The notes below the pieces were generated by a model. It was given only the letters and a program-made list of their open reading frames with translations. It ran no database searches and was not told where the DNA came from. A program made the translations under genes and the position numbers. DNA of 64,000 nucleotides from Raillietiella orientalis (taxonomy: Eukaryota), in assembly GCA_036172245.1 (NCBI GenBank), contig JAYWIR010000016.1, forward strand, positions 930,001 to 994,000. Direction: 5' to 3'. Numbering within the stretch: the stretch's first letter is position 1; the number at the start of each line of letters is the position of its first letter. Positions 49,401 through 63,301 of this stretch are shown in pieces.

Positions 49401-51100
49401 CTTCCGCTGAGGATTGTCCGTCCTTAGGGAAAAACGCACCAGCGGATGATCCGACAGCAGGGTCTGCGTGTAGCGAAAACCGTGGATGCGATTCCTTATT
49501 TCGTAGCTTTAGAGGACGTGGTCGATCGGCTTGAGGCTGGGTGTCAGCCACAGCAGCCCAAAATCGTCGCACAGTTGCTTCATAGTTTGGGAATTGTGTA
49601 TGAAGTAGTGGTGATCTTAAAATAAAGAAAAAGTTACATAAGGGATAACAGCGTAATTTTCACGGAGAGTTCTGATTGATTTGGAAGTTTGCGACCTCGA
49701 TACATCGTCCTTCCTCTGGCATCCTGAGAATGGCTGATTTCACCCACGATGTTGAAAGCTACCACGACGATGACGATGTCCTTCGGTGCAACCTTTTGAC
49801 GGAGTGCTCCGTGGAGCGTCTCCGCGCACCTATGCTTCTGTATATGGGATCCGTACATGCTCACCAAGAACAGGTGAATGTTGGCGGACCAGGACATTCG
49901 TATATCGACCAACCTTCCAGGCATGGGACAGAAGGCCTCCAGTATGGTGTGGGTGAGATCGTTCTTCACGAGGATCGCCACACCCTGGGTCTTCTGGGCT
50001 GACGAACAGTTGGACGTTCAGTCGTCGTTCCATCTCAAGGGACATCTAGTGACCCATCTTGTAGGTCTCCAGAAGGCACACCATGTCGTTGTGTGCGATG
50101 GTCCGCACGATCCTTTTTCTTTTTCCCTGGTCCGTCAGTCCATTCACATCCCAGGAGGCGATGTGAATCCTCCTTGCGGTGGACAAGAACAAGGCCATGG
50201 GGGAATCTTATTCCTTTGCTTTCCTGCTTTTCTTCTGCTTCGGAGAAACGCTGCAGCCTCAGAGCAGAAGGTTTTTCACTTCCAGCGTCGCTTCTCATTT
50301 CGCTGAGGTCGGTAAATTCGGTCTCTTCAGACGGTTACTCCGCCATGGCGATGATTTTGCGTGGGAGCGTTTCCAAGTTTCACCATTGCACAGAAGTTCG
50401 AGTTTACTTAGAGGAGCTTGTTTTCTGGCTTCTCCCTCTGCGCTTCCCCCGTTCCTCCTCCTCCTACTAGACTATGAGCGGCCTCGAAGGGGCTGGGACC
50501 CATCCGCGAATGAGTCCCAAGCACCTCTTAAGAGGATTTTCTCATGCCAATAGCCTCTTTCCGCAGTCACAATCCTACTTCATCCGTGGGACCACTGGCC
50601 ACAGTGGTGTTGGAACTTCGTTACCATGGATTGACAAATGTACTGCTCGGTCTAGCACTGCCCCACCCCCGCAAGACAAGCACCTCAAGGCCTTGCCTGC
50701 TTAGACCGGACGTCGCTGGAATGCTGTGGATCAGGATGGGGGTTTGCGTGACAATCGCCTCCCCACCTAATAAAACCCCTTTTTTCTCAAGCCTTGTCCT
50801 CCCTTCACGTCTTCCAAATGCTGCTCCTTGGGTTGTGCTGCTACAGCCTCCGTTTCTTTCTATCGCCTTTGGTTTTTGGCAGGCTTGTTCCTGTTGAACA
50901 CATGCGCCGGCGCCACCGGTAAACAAAAGATTGTGGAACTGTCGATACACCGCGTAGTTCTTTAATAAGGGATTTAATGGACAGCGAGTCTTCCAAAGAC
51001 TCAGAGGTGTACAATCGTAATACATGCTTAGGGTTTGATTGGCGTTTTCAATCTTCGGACTGGATTGTGGCCGTTCCGAGTACACTACTTATGACAGTAT
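46500..51100 (-). mobile_element. Decayed L1/Tx1-group LINE of a different family: probable ORF1 remnant, APE, RT, zinc finger; interrupted at about 48900-49700
   Basis: APE WDVNGL, DMVCLLET, GVAILVK, GRLV, SMYG; RT WRPISILNADAK, SPVQT, KKALDTVNH, PMLFVIYME, AYEDD, KINVQKS, VKYL; finger CKACGDRDTRLHVLTCP; AATAAA near 46510. Confidence 0.9.
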
Positions 51101-51665
51101 TTGTTCACTTAAGGTTACAATTGTGTTGTGAGGAATTAAAAAGGCGCGGAAGAACCTAACAGTACACTCCTCTTCCAAAAAGTTCCTTTGTGTTCCTTAC
51201 TTTCATGAGGTTTCCCCGTTTTGTTATCCCGCTGCTGCGCGCAAGTTAAACAGACCTAATTCCCAAGTACCATTGAAGGTTGTAATATGATGTAATTCTA
51301 GTATACATTCGGTCGCCATTCAAGTAGCAATTGAATCTTATTTTGTATTCGTATTTGCCTTTCCCAAATCAGCTCTACCACCAACATTCAAAATGCCATT
51401 CCCTACTTGAGCTGCTTACCTATTGTCTAGGGTTTATACTAATTGATATGCGTTTAATAGGTTGTAATTAATAATACATTAATGCAGATGATCACATATA
51501 ATGTTAGACTTGTTTTACAATACAAAAGAACAAATATATTTTGCAAAGTTGATAAGCTTATTCTGTTATTCAAATTTGATGGCAGACTTGTAACCAAATT
51601 TCGTTCGTAAAACTTTTTATCGCACATGAATAAATAAAGAAAACATGCTACTCCTAATTCGTTTG

Positions 51666-54128
51666 TTATTCACAGATTTCCAAGCAGGCAGATTGTTGTT
51701 GACTTCTGGGATAAAGACAATATTGTATGTAATGTAGCCTGTACTCATACCTCAGTGATAAATTGACACCACATTTGCGTTTGGGAACAGGAGCAACATC
51801 GGCGTTCCCATTGGCAAAGGTGTGATCTCGAAAGGAAGCATAACTCTGAATATGATAATCTGTTCCTTTTGGAAGATTTGCTAATAATTCCTGCACTCGA
51901 TCATGTTGATTTAAAGCAACAAAGGCTGTAGTATCATTGCAGAACGAAATCTGTCCTCCTCCAAAGGGAAGAAATATATTAAGGATATCATTAGTTCTCC
52001 AAGTTTTTGGAAATGTGATGTGAAAAACGTGACTCCTACACGGTACTTCTAAATAGGAGATTAATGTTTTTCCCTTTTAGCCTACTTACCATCAGGTACT
52101 GTGAGATGCAGATAAGATATATCAGCTATTCTTGAGACAAATACTCTACACTATGACTATCACAATGTTCTGATTTAATACCGACTTACTTGTTGATATA
52201 TGGTTGTAATGGTTCTGATAAAGGGAGAACACACCACTGAGAGGGAACTTGCACGCTACCTACAAACCTCATTTCACTACTGGAATTCAACATTACTACA
52301 TACCAAGATGTAACAACATAGAAGCAAAACACACTCCTGTAAGATATGCATCATAGGCAGCTTCGTGTAACTTATGCTCAGCAAGATGGTACTCTGCACC
52401 ATGTACCTCTTCAAAGAAGACTCAACAAAAATTGTTTTAATGTAAGAAGCTCACCAACTTCAGGAACTTTGAAGGGAGCTTCATGGAGTGAATTCATAAC
52501 TCCTTCCAGTGAGTTACATTTGATTTTATCAACAAAAGGATGGCTGCTTGCAAGAACCTTAGTGTCAAAAATATAGGGAAATAAAAAATGCGTCCATTCC
52601 TTGAAATCACAATATTTAGGGGGTAATGGGTCCACAAAATGATGCAGCATGTGACACAGATCATAGAGGAGATTGTGACCAACTATGGGTTTTTTCTGTT
52701 ACAAAATAAATAGCATGCCAGAATGCAGAAGATCTTACTAGTTCTATTAGCATTTGAATAACCTTGGAGAAACCCACTAAATTATCTATTTCTTCCATTT
52801 TCTCTTTATTTTGTAATTCCCGTTTTGCCTTCACATCCTCTTCCGAAGCTTTTTGCACAAAGATCACCCATTCCCCTTTCTCATTTGATTTGGTTTCCAT
52901 GTATATTCCTTTACATCTATACCAAAATAATAACTAGTTTTATTACATTAACAAACAGAAATTGAGATCATATTAACTTTTTTCTTTTGCTTACCGGCTT
53001 TGTGCTGTTTGATAAACCAACTTTCTTATGAATTTCCCACAATGCTGTAACTCCAGAATGTCACGGTCACTCTTTAAAAATTGCTCAATTTGCTCACTAC
53101 AAATAATTTTATAAATAATTACATGAAGTAATCAAACTTGCCATTGGCATTCCACAAAATTCTTGTGTTCTTCTGGAATTGGAATAATCTGATCTGATGA
53201 ATCATCCAGAAGTCTCTGATATTGTTTTAAAGCTTCTTTCAATTTTCCTTCATGACTTTTTGTCAGGTATGGTATTCCTAACCATAAGAACTATAATATG
53301 ATGCTGTTGATGATTGTCTACATACCATCTCGAAATAACTTATTGAAGTCAAAACCTTGACTTGCAAGAAAAACCAAACAGTCAGCTTCAAACGAAAACC
53401 TATTAGCATGCCTTTTATTCTGTAAAGATTTTGGAAAAATATAAAAATTGAATGGCTGGCAGATAAATCTAACAAAAAAAAAGCAAAATTATGAAATATC
53501 AAACCAATCCTTTCAAGACTTAGCATGAACCTATTATAACTCTGATCAAAATAATTAAAATTCCCACTTGCAATTTTGAATTCCTTGATTCTTTCCCAAT
53601 ACTTAAGAACTATTCGGTAAACTCTAACTTCACTGCAGCAAACACTACTTAGGCATAGCAAATGCTGTCAATTAAGGATCACAACTAATCAATTATTCTA
53701 TCACAAGCACTACTTTTTGTAATAACCTAGGAATTCGTTCCGTAAACTGTCTATAATTCTGTTAACTGAGACACTCGTAACGACATCTTAGACAACACTT
53801 TTAACCACATTTTATTACAATTTATGATCACATGGAAATCATTACCTTTTATTACTTTCATCTAAATGGAATGTACACAGTCCAAATTGTATTAGAAGGA
53901 ACTTCATTCCGTCATCTTTCATTTGGTTGTAACGCTCTTCAATTGTATCATATGGATTTTGCATCTCATCTGCTATGAGACCAGTAAATTCTCCATCAAT
54001 TGATACAAAGGTGGAATTCGCAACGGCATCACGTAACTCGTGTAAAACACTATTAAAGTCTAGAATATGCATTTAAATATTTCTTAGAAGAAATTTCTAC
54101 AATACTCACTATCTTTTGTCACTTGCAT
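51666..54128 (-). CDS. PARN: Poly(A)-specific ribonuclease, about 533 aa; exons 54128-54110, 54059-53846, 53468-53326, 53277-53142, 53096-52995, 52916-52739, 52695-52455, 52408-52304, 52259-52190, 52145-52090, 52048-51751, 51705-51666
   Basis: SIDGEFTGL, QFGLCTF, FNFYIFP, FLASQGFDFNK, GIPYL, R3H-like RKLVYQT, VGFSKVI, VGHNLLYD, FDTK, HEAAYDAYLTG, RRM HVFHITFPKTW. DEDDh residues intact; phases consistent; exon total 1602 nt. Confidence 0.96.
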
Positions 54129-54320
54129 GAGGGATTCTGTTAAATTTCTTAACCACAGAAAAGAAAAGTTGGCGAGACCTACAACACTAAAACAAATTCG
54201 AAAAGTAAAAAAAGAGATCTATCAAGATAAAGACCGCTTTTCCTTTCTCTTCTGGTCACACTCTACTGAAAAAAGAAACAGTTTGTACAATTACTTCACC
54301 GTCAACCTAAAAATATCTAC

Positions 54321-54329
54321 CGCCATTTT
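54321..54329. promoter_or_regulatory. YY1-like motif in the probable PARN promoter/5' UTR
   Basis: CGCCATTTT about 190 bp upstream of the ATG, in a region that retains CpG. Confidence 0.35.
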
Positions 54330-56133
54330 TTAAACCATGCTTCAAAAAAAAAATATAATTCCGATGAAAACACAGACGTTAGAGAATAAAACACTCTTCC
54401 AAACATCTTATTCAAAATGATTTTCGGTCGATAACAACAAAAAAGAAAACATTTTATATTTGTTCAAAGGGTTTCGTAAATCTCATTGTACGAAGTCACC
54501 AAAGCGAATCAGTAATTGATGAAATGGCTTATACACAAGCATGCATAACATCAAGTTGTAGTAAGTTTGAATACGATATGTATTTATGCCATCTTCACCC
54601 TGACACAACTGACGATTTGCGAAAATTCCTTCCTCTTAAAGTAAATATTAAAGTAATTTATGTATTCTTTGGAGAATCTTTCCTGCACCGATTCCATTCT
54701 TCCGATTGCCTGCTTGCCTTTTGTTCGCTTTCCGTCTTTGCCCAGCGATCTCGCATTCACGTGCCAGGCTTGCCCCCTCTCAAATTCAACATTCACGCTT
54801 GTGTGTTCTGAAATATCCGTGGTATTCCAGTTTCCTTCTAGTCTTTAAATTCAACTCTTCAGTTATTTTGTGAAACCTTTTGTGGAATTGCTTGTATCAA
54901 AACCCGTGAAAGAATGCTGTTTCAGTCAAATTCGTACCTACTAATCACGTTCTTTTTTCTTTTTTTTTTTTAAAGAATAACTGTAAGCTTTCTTCTCCGG
55001 TATTCATAATCCACTGGATATTGTGCTGATTTACTATTTGAAATGAGATGCACAATAGAGGAGACTCTTTCTGTTCGATTTTTCGATTTGCTGTTTATCA
55101 AAAGTTGATTGTGGACGATGTGATAAACTTTACCTTAGTATACTTGGCATGCAAAGAAAAAAACAAAGCAGTGGGAGATAGATCAAACGGGCTGCAGACT
55201 TTCAGTTTAAAAACAAATAAATTTTAGGTTTTGATTTTTTTTTTTTTTTTTAGGATGGAGACTGACACCTACCGAGAAAGCAAGAAATCCAAACAGGATC
55301 TGGCATGGTTTCTTTTGACGGATATACTCCTTTTTTTTTTTTTTTGTATACAATCACTTTATCTATCTTTTCATCATCCATTTTTCTCCATAAGGGGTAA
55401 ATAAGTATTCCATGTAATTTTGAACCAGATAACAGACTTCATAGAAGATTCATAATCCATAGGAATACAAAAATAACAATAAGCGCGCAAACCCTAATAA
55501 TACTAAGAGTACCAATCGGTAAATTAATGTTCAATATGTTTGAGTGGAAAGTTCTAGCTTTGGTAATTATGATTCTAAGGGATCTCTACATCTAACCGCA
55601 TTTTGGAAAGAAAACACATATACATTGCATTTTTACTTCTAGATACCAGAACTACACAACGTGGTATAGCTAATTCATGACTCAGTTTACAACGCGGTAA
55701 CTTTTTCCCTAATTTTGGAATTGAGATGGCATCGAACATTGTCATTAGCCTAAAATCACAATGTTCATTCAGCATTTAATTATTTTTCAAGCACGTATTC
55801 TTTGTTTTTTCAACAATCTAAAATCAAATTGGCAATCGACTCTAAAAATGTGCATTCCTATGATTATGCATTGAGTCATGATTGTTATCATCGAGAAAAA
55901 ATACTATCCTGTAGTTCAATTTTCAATTCAAAAAGAAAAAGATCAACTATAAATAGATCGTTTTTATCTTAATAAAACCTTGCTCTTTTGCTTTTTTACA
56001 AGAAACATCGATTTGCTGTGAGAAGCAAACTAAAGTCATGGATCATTGCACAATCCTACAATTAACTTGTTTCAGAGGATGATTAAGAAGAGTCCGATAT
56101 TTCATTAGGTTGACGCACATTGGAGTCTGTGTT

Positions 56134-56147
56134 GTTTTCATGGCAAC
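56134..56147. promoter_or_regulatory. Consensus-matching RFX X-box
   Basis: GTTTTCATGGCAAC fits GTHNYY-AT-RRNAAC; TGACGCA nearby at 56111. Confidence 0.35.
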
Positions 56148-59100
56148 CAGTGACGGAATTGGAAGGAAAATATTTTGCAACATTTCCGCACTGTCCCAGC
56201 CTTTTGTCTTCTTCAAACCTAATAAGTTCGATACTTTAAACGGTTTTCTGTATTCAGAATGTACCCTTCAGTGAGTGATCTAAGACTTTTATAATGTTTG
56301 GTCTTACGAATTGATGCAACTCCGAATTCCCTGGAAACTTTTTGAGCATCTCTCGGAAGAATTTTTTTTAATGACAGTACATACACGAAAGGAGCATACA
56401 TCAGAATAAGATTGCTGAATCATAATATTGATGAAAGCAATTTTCGCGTCTTGAATTCTGATACACCAGATGGCTCAACAAAAATCACAATTAAATTTTA
56501 TGGAATCATGATCCTTGAATTAGTCAAGACCTAAACCAAGTTAGTTTGGGCACCACACCTTTATATTTATTAAATCTAGTGCAATCATTTTTGCAATAGC
56601 AAGAAAAACTCAATTAAGAGAATACAAACCATTCTGTCTAGTGTATGCTTGTAGATGTTTCTTTAGTTAATAATGCTTCATAAGTCTATTTAAGCATGCA
56701 ATATAGATGCACAAGAGTGAAGAAAGTACATAAAATCCAAACTTGCTTCATTCTCCCCTTTCCTATATTGTAGTCAGATCTTTTTAAAATATGGCATTTA
56801 TAATATAAACGAACCAAATATATATCTCTTCAAGCACTTTAAAATTTTAACTTTTATCCCGATTTGCAGTATTTCTTGTAAAGAAAGCACTATACCAATG
56901 ATCAAGAATGCCTTTTTGCTTGTTTTCTGCATGTTAAATGTGACAGCACACTCTTAAATGAATAGATTTTAATTAAATAGATTCATTACAAGTTTCTTTA
57001 AATAAATTTATGTTCACTGGTTCAAAAAGCAAATCTCGGGATCTACTTTATGCAGTTCTCAAGGAAATAATTAAGAGTATATGAAACTATACAAGCTCAT
57101 GGTATTTGTAAGGTACTATGTTCCATTCTGTTAATGCCAATACTCATTGACTCTTCTCTTTAATTGCAGTCCGTTAATGTATTTTTTTCATAGAATCGGT
57201 AGATTACTAGGAAAGTAATTAGAGTGCCTTAAGTTTTTCCATTGGTTCGATACCTTCTCCGATAATTTATTGGACATTCATCAAGTGCAGGAATAGTGTT
57301 CATTAAGAATTATCTCGATTGAACATGGGCTCACCACCATGAAATACGTTCTTACGGAGCTTTTCTAGACTACAAATATTGAAATAATGATGCCTCCAAT
57401 ATTGCTCTTTTAAAAAGCATGAGCTACGCAACCGCGATCATTCGACATTACTTTTGATCTCTTCAGTGTTTCAAAATGTTTAGAGGAAAAGCTTCAAGTT
57501 GTTCTAGTAGTGCAAAGCTTAGCCTAGAAAAAAGATATTTAAGGCTTCATATTTAAGGTCTTTCTTGCAGGGCATCGGTAAGCGCCAGAGCCAGAAAATA
57601 TAAATGGAAACTACATTCCTGGCTCTGGGATGTATCTGGGGCGTTTCATAAATCTGAAGCTTTTTATCATAATGCAAGAATTTTTTCGCTTTGCTTGCTG
57701 TTTCCGTTATGCAAAAGTCGAATTGCAACGAGATGAAACTTTCAATCCTGCGAACTCGTGAACGCAAATGTTGTTTTTATTCTTAATTCATTAACCAAAT
57801 TCGATTGGTACACATAAACATTTGGTAGCGCTGCTGGAGAACGGTTTGTAATCCGGAGTAGCAGATCCCTATTTCACATTACTGACATTGATTGCGATTT
57901 TCTTCGAAACTCCTAATGAGCTTTCTTGAAGAGCTTTCAGTCGTATCGTTGGAAAATCGGCATTCTCTCGATGAATGCGAGTGGAAGCGTCAATAATTCG
58001 GCCAGCCTGAAGCCCCTCTTGCGGTCTGCTTTGCTTTTATCGGCTTTTTCTTCAACTCTGGCATTTGTTTCGATGAAATTATTTGCATATCAATGGATAT
58101 TTCTTTCAATACAGAATGTGACGAAATGATCTTTCACGAATGAGGCCTGCAATGCTAACAACTTGTTTCAAGGGAGTTTATTTGATGAAAAACGATGCTC
58201 CCTGAGGTTCCAACATGGAAAAACTTTATTACAAAGCAACACGTTACATCTACTGACCGCTCAATAATTGCTTAATCAATTTATTCTTTTGAGGTGTTTA
58301 ATAACAGAGCTAAGCAAGCTCTCCTCAGTATCGCATTCTATACAAACACTACGCATCCCATCCAATGTGCACTTTCAGAATCTTGAAATTTACAAACTTA
58401 CAGTGCTAAAAGTATTCTGAAAACATACTTAACAGCATTGATGGGAAAACTTTTTTTATTGCTTCTTTGTCACTTTTTCTTCAACTTCTCATGATGAATA
58501 CGGAATAAAAAAACTTTTTCTTCCAAAGTCTGCAATCTGCATCTAAACAAAACAAAAAAAGTCTGTTGCACAGTTCATGTCTACTTTCATACAAAAAAGG
58601 ATATGCAACTTTATAAATAGAGATGTGAAACCCTATAGAATTGCTGATATATTAAGTTCTGCACTTCCCCTAACTTGCTTGTAAACATCTAGGACAAGCA
58701 CAATTGCCTACCATGCTTATCAGTGCAGCACCAGAGAAACAAAAATCATGCTCAGTTTAGAGGAAACTAATGCCCACTTGAGTTCAAAATTTTTATTAAA
58801 CAATGACTCGTGTTATTTTTAATCTCCTGATCTGCACAAACCATCAGCTATGAGCTTGATTTGGTCAGTTCGTAGCCAGAGAACTAAGTAGATAACCAAG
58901 AACTGCAATATTTACGACACAATGCTACACTAGAAAGTGAAAACTTCAACACAGTTCTGCATCCACGATCCGGGTCGAGAAAGCTCCCACATTCCATCTG
59001 ACACATATATGCAGAACTTAATCACTGTTTTGAAAACTAAAGGTAAAGTAATTAATAGGCAGGTCACAACTATGAAAGTTCAGCCAACAAATCAATTTAG

Positions 59101-60057
59101 AATCACCCAATTTTTTTCCCATGCACGTGAAAATCCAGGAAAAATATACTTGAATTTTGGGAGTGGGAAATGTTTTCCAACACATCACATAACTGGAAAA
59201 AAGGCCATCACTAAAATTTTCCTTTTGGACTGCAGAAAAAATGATATATCATAGCTGCTCATCTATCATCCATGCAAACATCACAAACACAAACTGGAAC
59301 TAAGTTTACACAAGCTCATCATAAATATTGGTTCTAGGTTTGGATACTAAACAAACTACCAAAGATTAAGGAAGTTTATGGATAGGTAACTGAAACCACA
59401 AAATGAAAACAACATCATTGGAATCAAATCCCAAAAAAGAAAGAATCAAAATAACTATATATGGGATACATGCCCTTATTATGATCTCAAATTAAAAACG
59501 TTAAATTACTTTAAGTGAAGCAAATGCAACCTGAAGAAGAACCCATTAATCATTTGGCAATGATGGAGACATCCGTTAACATTACATTTGAAACTAAAGA
59601 AATACAATTTGAACAAGCTCAAGATTGTGATCTCTTAAATCAAGAAGAAATTTTTCTAACATAGACTCCCTTGGATATTTTCAATTCCTTCTAAATACAA
59701 AACTGTTAATGAAACACACAATTAACCCAATATCCAATATTGCTCTTCATTAGTCCACAATGCATGGGAGATGCAATCTATCTTTCAAAAAGTACAGAAA
59801 AGCAACATCTAAGCCTATTAAATGGAATATCAATATAACAGACAAATAAGCATTACTGGCATATAAGTATCAGATTTCTTACAACCAAAACTATGAAAGT
59901 TTGCACATGGAAACAGAAAAGAAATCAATCACAGTTTAGTCTGTTTTGTTTGTTTGGAATTAACAATCAAGAAAGAAAACTTTGTAGCAAATGAGAAAAA
60001 ATATTTCTATTCTTTAAAAAAGAATTTCTTACTAACAACTCATGCATACTTTTTGTC

Positions 60058-63000
60058 TTATTTTTTCAATTGCTGGGGATTATATCTATATGTCTTTTGT
60101 AAAGGACCTAATCCTGCTCGCTTAAATTGCATTTGATCTATACGTTCTCTATCTCTAAGTTCGTGAACAATTTTCATATTCGTCCATCCTACAAGAAATA
60201 CACAATGAAAAAACAAAAACCAAAGATAATGCAACATACCATCTTTCATGCTTTCCATGAATGAAGTTTTCTTTATTGGAAGTGCACTAGCATCATATTT
60301 TTTCAACTGACCAAGCTTAAAAAGCCTTCTTATGGGAGGGCATTTAAGTAGCAAAGCTTGGGTTAAAGAAACGCAATTGGTAAAAAACCAATACAACAAC
60401 ACAGCCTATTAAATTTTAAAATGAAGGAACATCACACTTTTATGACTTACTGATGGGAAATTAATTGCAAAGGGCAACATCAAAATTGGTATAAAATTGA
60501 AAGCATGCCTCATTGCATTTGCATGTTGCACTGATGTATTTGGAAGATCAGATCCCAACTGCAAGAAACAAAGTTTACATGATTGCTAACACTACAATCA
60601 ATATCACATACTCTGAAAGTACACCACACAGTGCATGATGTAATCAGTGGAAGAAGATAATATGGATCTGGTACTGTAAGATCTGAAAACCACAGCAAAC
60701 CACTTGTTTTCATACTTTCCACTGGGGTTTTTGTCATACTCTGTAAGGCTGTAAACATGGACACAAATAATGGTAGCTACAAAATTACTATATGTCCTGG
60801 ACTGTAAGTATTACTCTCACCTGAACTATTGGATATATCAAATTATTTATTGGCCGCATGTGGTTCTGCTTCACTAAATGCATCATTTCATACAAATACT
60901 TGTTGGCTAGCAAAGAAAATAGCAACTGTTTACATTTATTGAGATTGATATAATTGATATAAAATACTACTGTGTATTAAGATAAAACTTCAAGATAGTT
61001 TCCTATATTGTTTTCAGCATTTTTCGTGTATTAAAAGGCATAATTAAAAATGCCCTGTTTTACTTTTCAAATTTAACAGCTTAAATACAAAAAATTTTCT
61101 TAACTAACGAACAGGGAAGAATGTAACAAGAATCCACATTCTGCAAAGTGATAAAGGAATTTCAAATATGAATTACTTAAATGAATAACTTTCAGTTGTA
61201 GCAGATATTAACTTTGTCTCATTATTTTTTTTATTTCTGTTATGGTTCCCTCCTCAATCACTGGAAGGCATGAAACAACCTTGTTCTCAAGGAAACATAA
61301 GTTACTGATCACATTTCAATGGCATAATAAAATACAATGAAAAACTTCCAAAATAATGTTTCATAAGTAGCTTATAATTTTTAAAAAAGTACTTTAATCA
61401 AAAATGTGAAGATAATTGGGAGAAACTGCCTGCTAAAAATCTTGTAATATGTAAGACTGAAATGATTCATCGTAATCAGCATTTTTCTAAATCATAAACT
61501 CAAAGATTATCGTGAACGATTAAAGATGAACGATTTTTGTTTTGAATACCACTGTATGCATTTGATATGCATACAGTGGTATTCAAAACAAAAATCATTC
61601 ATCTTTGCATTTGACACTGTTGTTCACTAAATATTTGGAAGCCATTCACTGACATGTACACATGAATAAAACAAAATCAATAATTATCGGGTGGGCAATA
61701 TATTACAATAAGTCAAACAACATTTGATCTATGAAAAAAAATTATTCACTACACTTTAACTGAAAACATATGGTTACTCGTAATAACATAAAAATGATTC
61801 TATAAGACTATTAAATAATAATTAAAAAAAAACTTTTCAAGAATTCCTACATTTAAAATAGCAAAACAAATTGAGCAGCAAGCATTGATACAAAAGAAAC
61901 TTCAGTAAAATTATTTATTTATAACAACCTGGTATCATTTTACTATAGAAAAAAAAGTGTTATTCATTATCTGCAAAAGACCAGCAAAAGACTTAGAAAA
62001 GTGCAACAGTCAATACATCAATGAGTAAGAAGTATTTCTTCCATTTTTCTAATGAAAAGGAAGAATATTTTTGGGAAGTATTGTTGATTTGATAGTACAT
62101 AGGGATTCAAGTGATACATCAAAAGAACTCATTGATAAACAAACACAAAAGGTCCATACTCTTTAATTTATCCCCTGTCTGCCTTGCTTCACTAATTTTC
62201 AGATTTAATGTTTGCATTTCAGGTAAACATTTATTTATCTGCAGAGCAGTTCGTTGCATTTTCAGCATGAAGGGAAACAAAAACATTCTCAGGATGATGG
62301 TTGCTGAAAAAACAAAATTGAAAACTGAACTAAACCTATGAATACACAAATATAATTACTGTGGAGGCATACGTAATGTTTTTCAGTGAAATACACAACA
62401 CATATTACTTTATACACTGTACAATAATAAATAAATGCCTTCAACACATGTACTTTATTGAATACAAATGCACATTACGTATTTATAGGATATACATCTT
62501 ATGTAAAAATACATTGCTTGTAAACTGGAAACAGTTTGCAAGAAATGTAATTCCATTTGATGAATACACCTTGACTTTACAGAAAAGTAACACAAAAAAC
62601 CTAATAACAAGGTCTTGTAGACACAATAAAATGGCATCACATGGAATTAGTGCTGAACTTTTGTTATCTCCAAGAAACACTGCTGTATCAAGTGACCTCA
62701 AGTTAACACTTCTTATCATTAGTCTTTTTAAATCTTTAAAAAAAAATTAGAAACAATTCTAATAGGATAGAAAAAATAATAATAATACATAATAGCTGCA
62801 AGCTATCTAGATAATGAAAACATCTTTGATATTAACTTTCACTATAGCTTTAGGATAAAAAAGCAACAATACTATTATGAAGATTCGGATAGTTGAAGCA
62901 AAAGTAGATGGTTCAAAAGCTCATACATTATTAGTTTTCCATTTATTAGTTTACTTACTGATTGCAATACATGCACACCATGAAAATCCTTGTGTAATAT

Positions 63001-63301
63001 GAAGGTATTCAAACCAACTTTCCATCAATCCAGTTGGAGTCCACCCTCCTAATCCTAGACTTGAGAAACTTGGTTCTCCAGATACACTAAATTCTACAGG
63101 ATTCAAATTGGGGGACTGTAATTGTAATGGGGGATCAGGAATTTGCAATTCAGCAAGATTTGATGCAACCACAGTAGTGTGAAAACCACGATAATTGGAA
63201 AATCTGCAACCAAGTTCCCTTTGGTTACAGGAAACTTTTGCTGCTGACAGAAAAGTTTTAAAAAATTGATGTTCACAACAGGGCTTGTAGAGTGCATTAT
63301 T
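60058..63301 (-). CDS. OXA1L: Mitochondrial inner-membrane insertase Oxa1/YidC; exons 63301-62959, 62303-62160, 60906-60821, 60776-60612, 60558-60451, 60405-60240, 60188-60058; first exon not resolved
   Basis: IPDPP, GEPSFSSLGLGGWTPTGL..EYLH, TIILRMFLFP, PIVQ/LPLFVSMF, GLLWFSDLTVPDPYYLLP, FPS/AVLLYW..N..SLTQ, FKRAGLGPLQKTY; phases consistent. Confidence 0.96.
61522..61606. repeat. 40-bp inverted repeat with a 5-nt loop in an OXA1L intron
   Basis: Arms 61522-61561 and 61567-61606 are complementary at 39 of 40 positions. Confidence 0.95.

Noticed and set aside
58390..58470. BTB-like string LLSMFSEYF on the minus strand
   Set aside because: Followed by an immediate stop, with no supporting exons; likely chance in AT-rich DNA.
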